In this document: one piece after another, positions 63,712 to 64,000 of the stretch
How the letters are laid out: every line of letters begins with the position of its first letter
Position numbering within the stretch: position 1 is the first letter of the stretch
Origin: Blastocystis sp. Blastoise
Taxonomy: Eukaryota > Protista > Bigyra: Opalinata
Assembly (NCBI GenBank): GCA_039096225.1
Contig: JBBPEB010000007.1
Coordinates: forward strand, 682,001 to 746,000
Reading direction: 5' to 3'
DNA length: 64,000 bases
Notes under the pieces: model-generated
What the model was told of the DNA's origin: nothing
The model's database searches: none
What the model saw: the letters and a program-made list of their open reading frames with translations, nothing else
Made by a program: the position numbers and the translations under genes

Positions 63712-63980
63712 CAATATACAGTTAGGGAAGCATGATAAACAACTGCTGCAATATTGTGATACTTCAAATATGTTAATATTGTAGCAGCCTCATCTTTTCT
63801 TCGAACATAAATAAGAACAGATTCATTCAGGTGTTTCTGTATTAGTGAGCATAACGGATTATAACCGTCATCTTCATCTTTAACTCTTATATCATAGAAT
63901 AGATTGGGTCTATTGAAATCACTTTTAATCTTTATACATCCGTCGATATGCAACTCCTTCTCAATATCTAAAGCTACTTT
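61161..63980 (-). CDS. RecQ helicase, RECQL5-like (3' part; 5' end off window)
   Basis: [48 protein letters not shown] Zn [12 protein letters not shown]...CCDYCKNP, and a C-terminal [10 protein letters not shown] segment resembling an SRI domain. Confidence 0.85.
62985..63061 (-). other. AT-AC (U12/minor spliceosome-type) intron, 77 nt
   Basis: 5' end ATATCTTATT, branch-like CCCTTAAT followed by AAGAATAC. Removal joins FDEA|[13 protein letters not shown] in frame. Confidence 0.8.
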
Positions 63981-64000
63981 CTATATATATACATATATAT

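Overview
Very AT-rich, intron-dense eukaryotic genomic DNA. Introns are mostly GT-AG, with donors usually GTATAT, acceptors usually TATAG and heavy (TA)n filling. Gene content and style suggest an AT-rich Blastocystis-like stramenopile, which is an inference. About 13 host genes can be reconstructed by manual splicing: ASCC3-type helicase, a giant surface protein, glycerate kinase, two glycosyltransferases, a WD40/Zn-finger TFIIIC-like protein, Ssu72, SF3B4, WDR83, nucleoredoxin, a RECQL5-like helicase, a small mitochondrion-targeted DEDDDGT* protein and two hypotheticals. The main discovery is an 18,517-bp CACTA/EnSpm-type transposon at 14004-32520. It has CACT(A/G) ends, a 15/19 TIR and a TAA 3-bp target duplication. 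It carries an apparently intact spliced 998-aa transposase, a small intact ORF, decayed cargo and TTGAC-rich repeat arrays. It sits inside an otherwise 84-bp intron of the ~2,400-aa surface-protein gene, whose signal-peptide exons lie 18.6 kb away and carry one TAG nonsense codon. Other notable items are an AT-AC (U12-type) intron in the RecQ gene, an SF3B4 exon with no canonical acceptor, and a small gene whose last codon is split by an intron so that spliced and unspliced RNAs end identically, followed by a GC-rich stem-loop. Family assignments come from motif recognition by eye, not from database searches.
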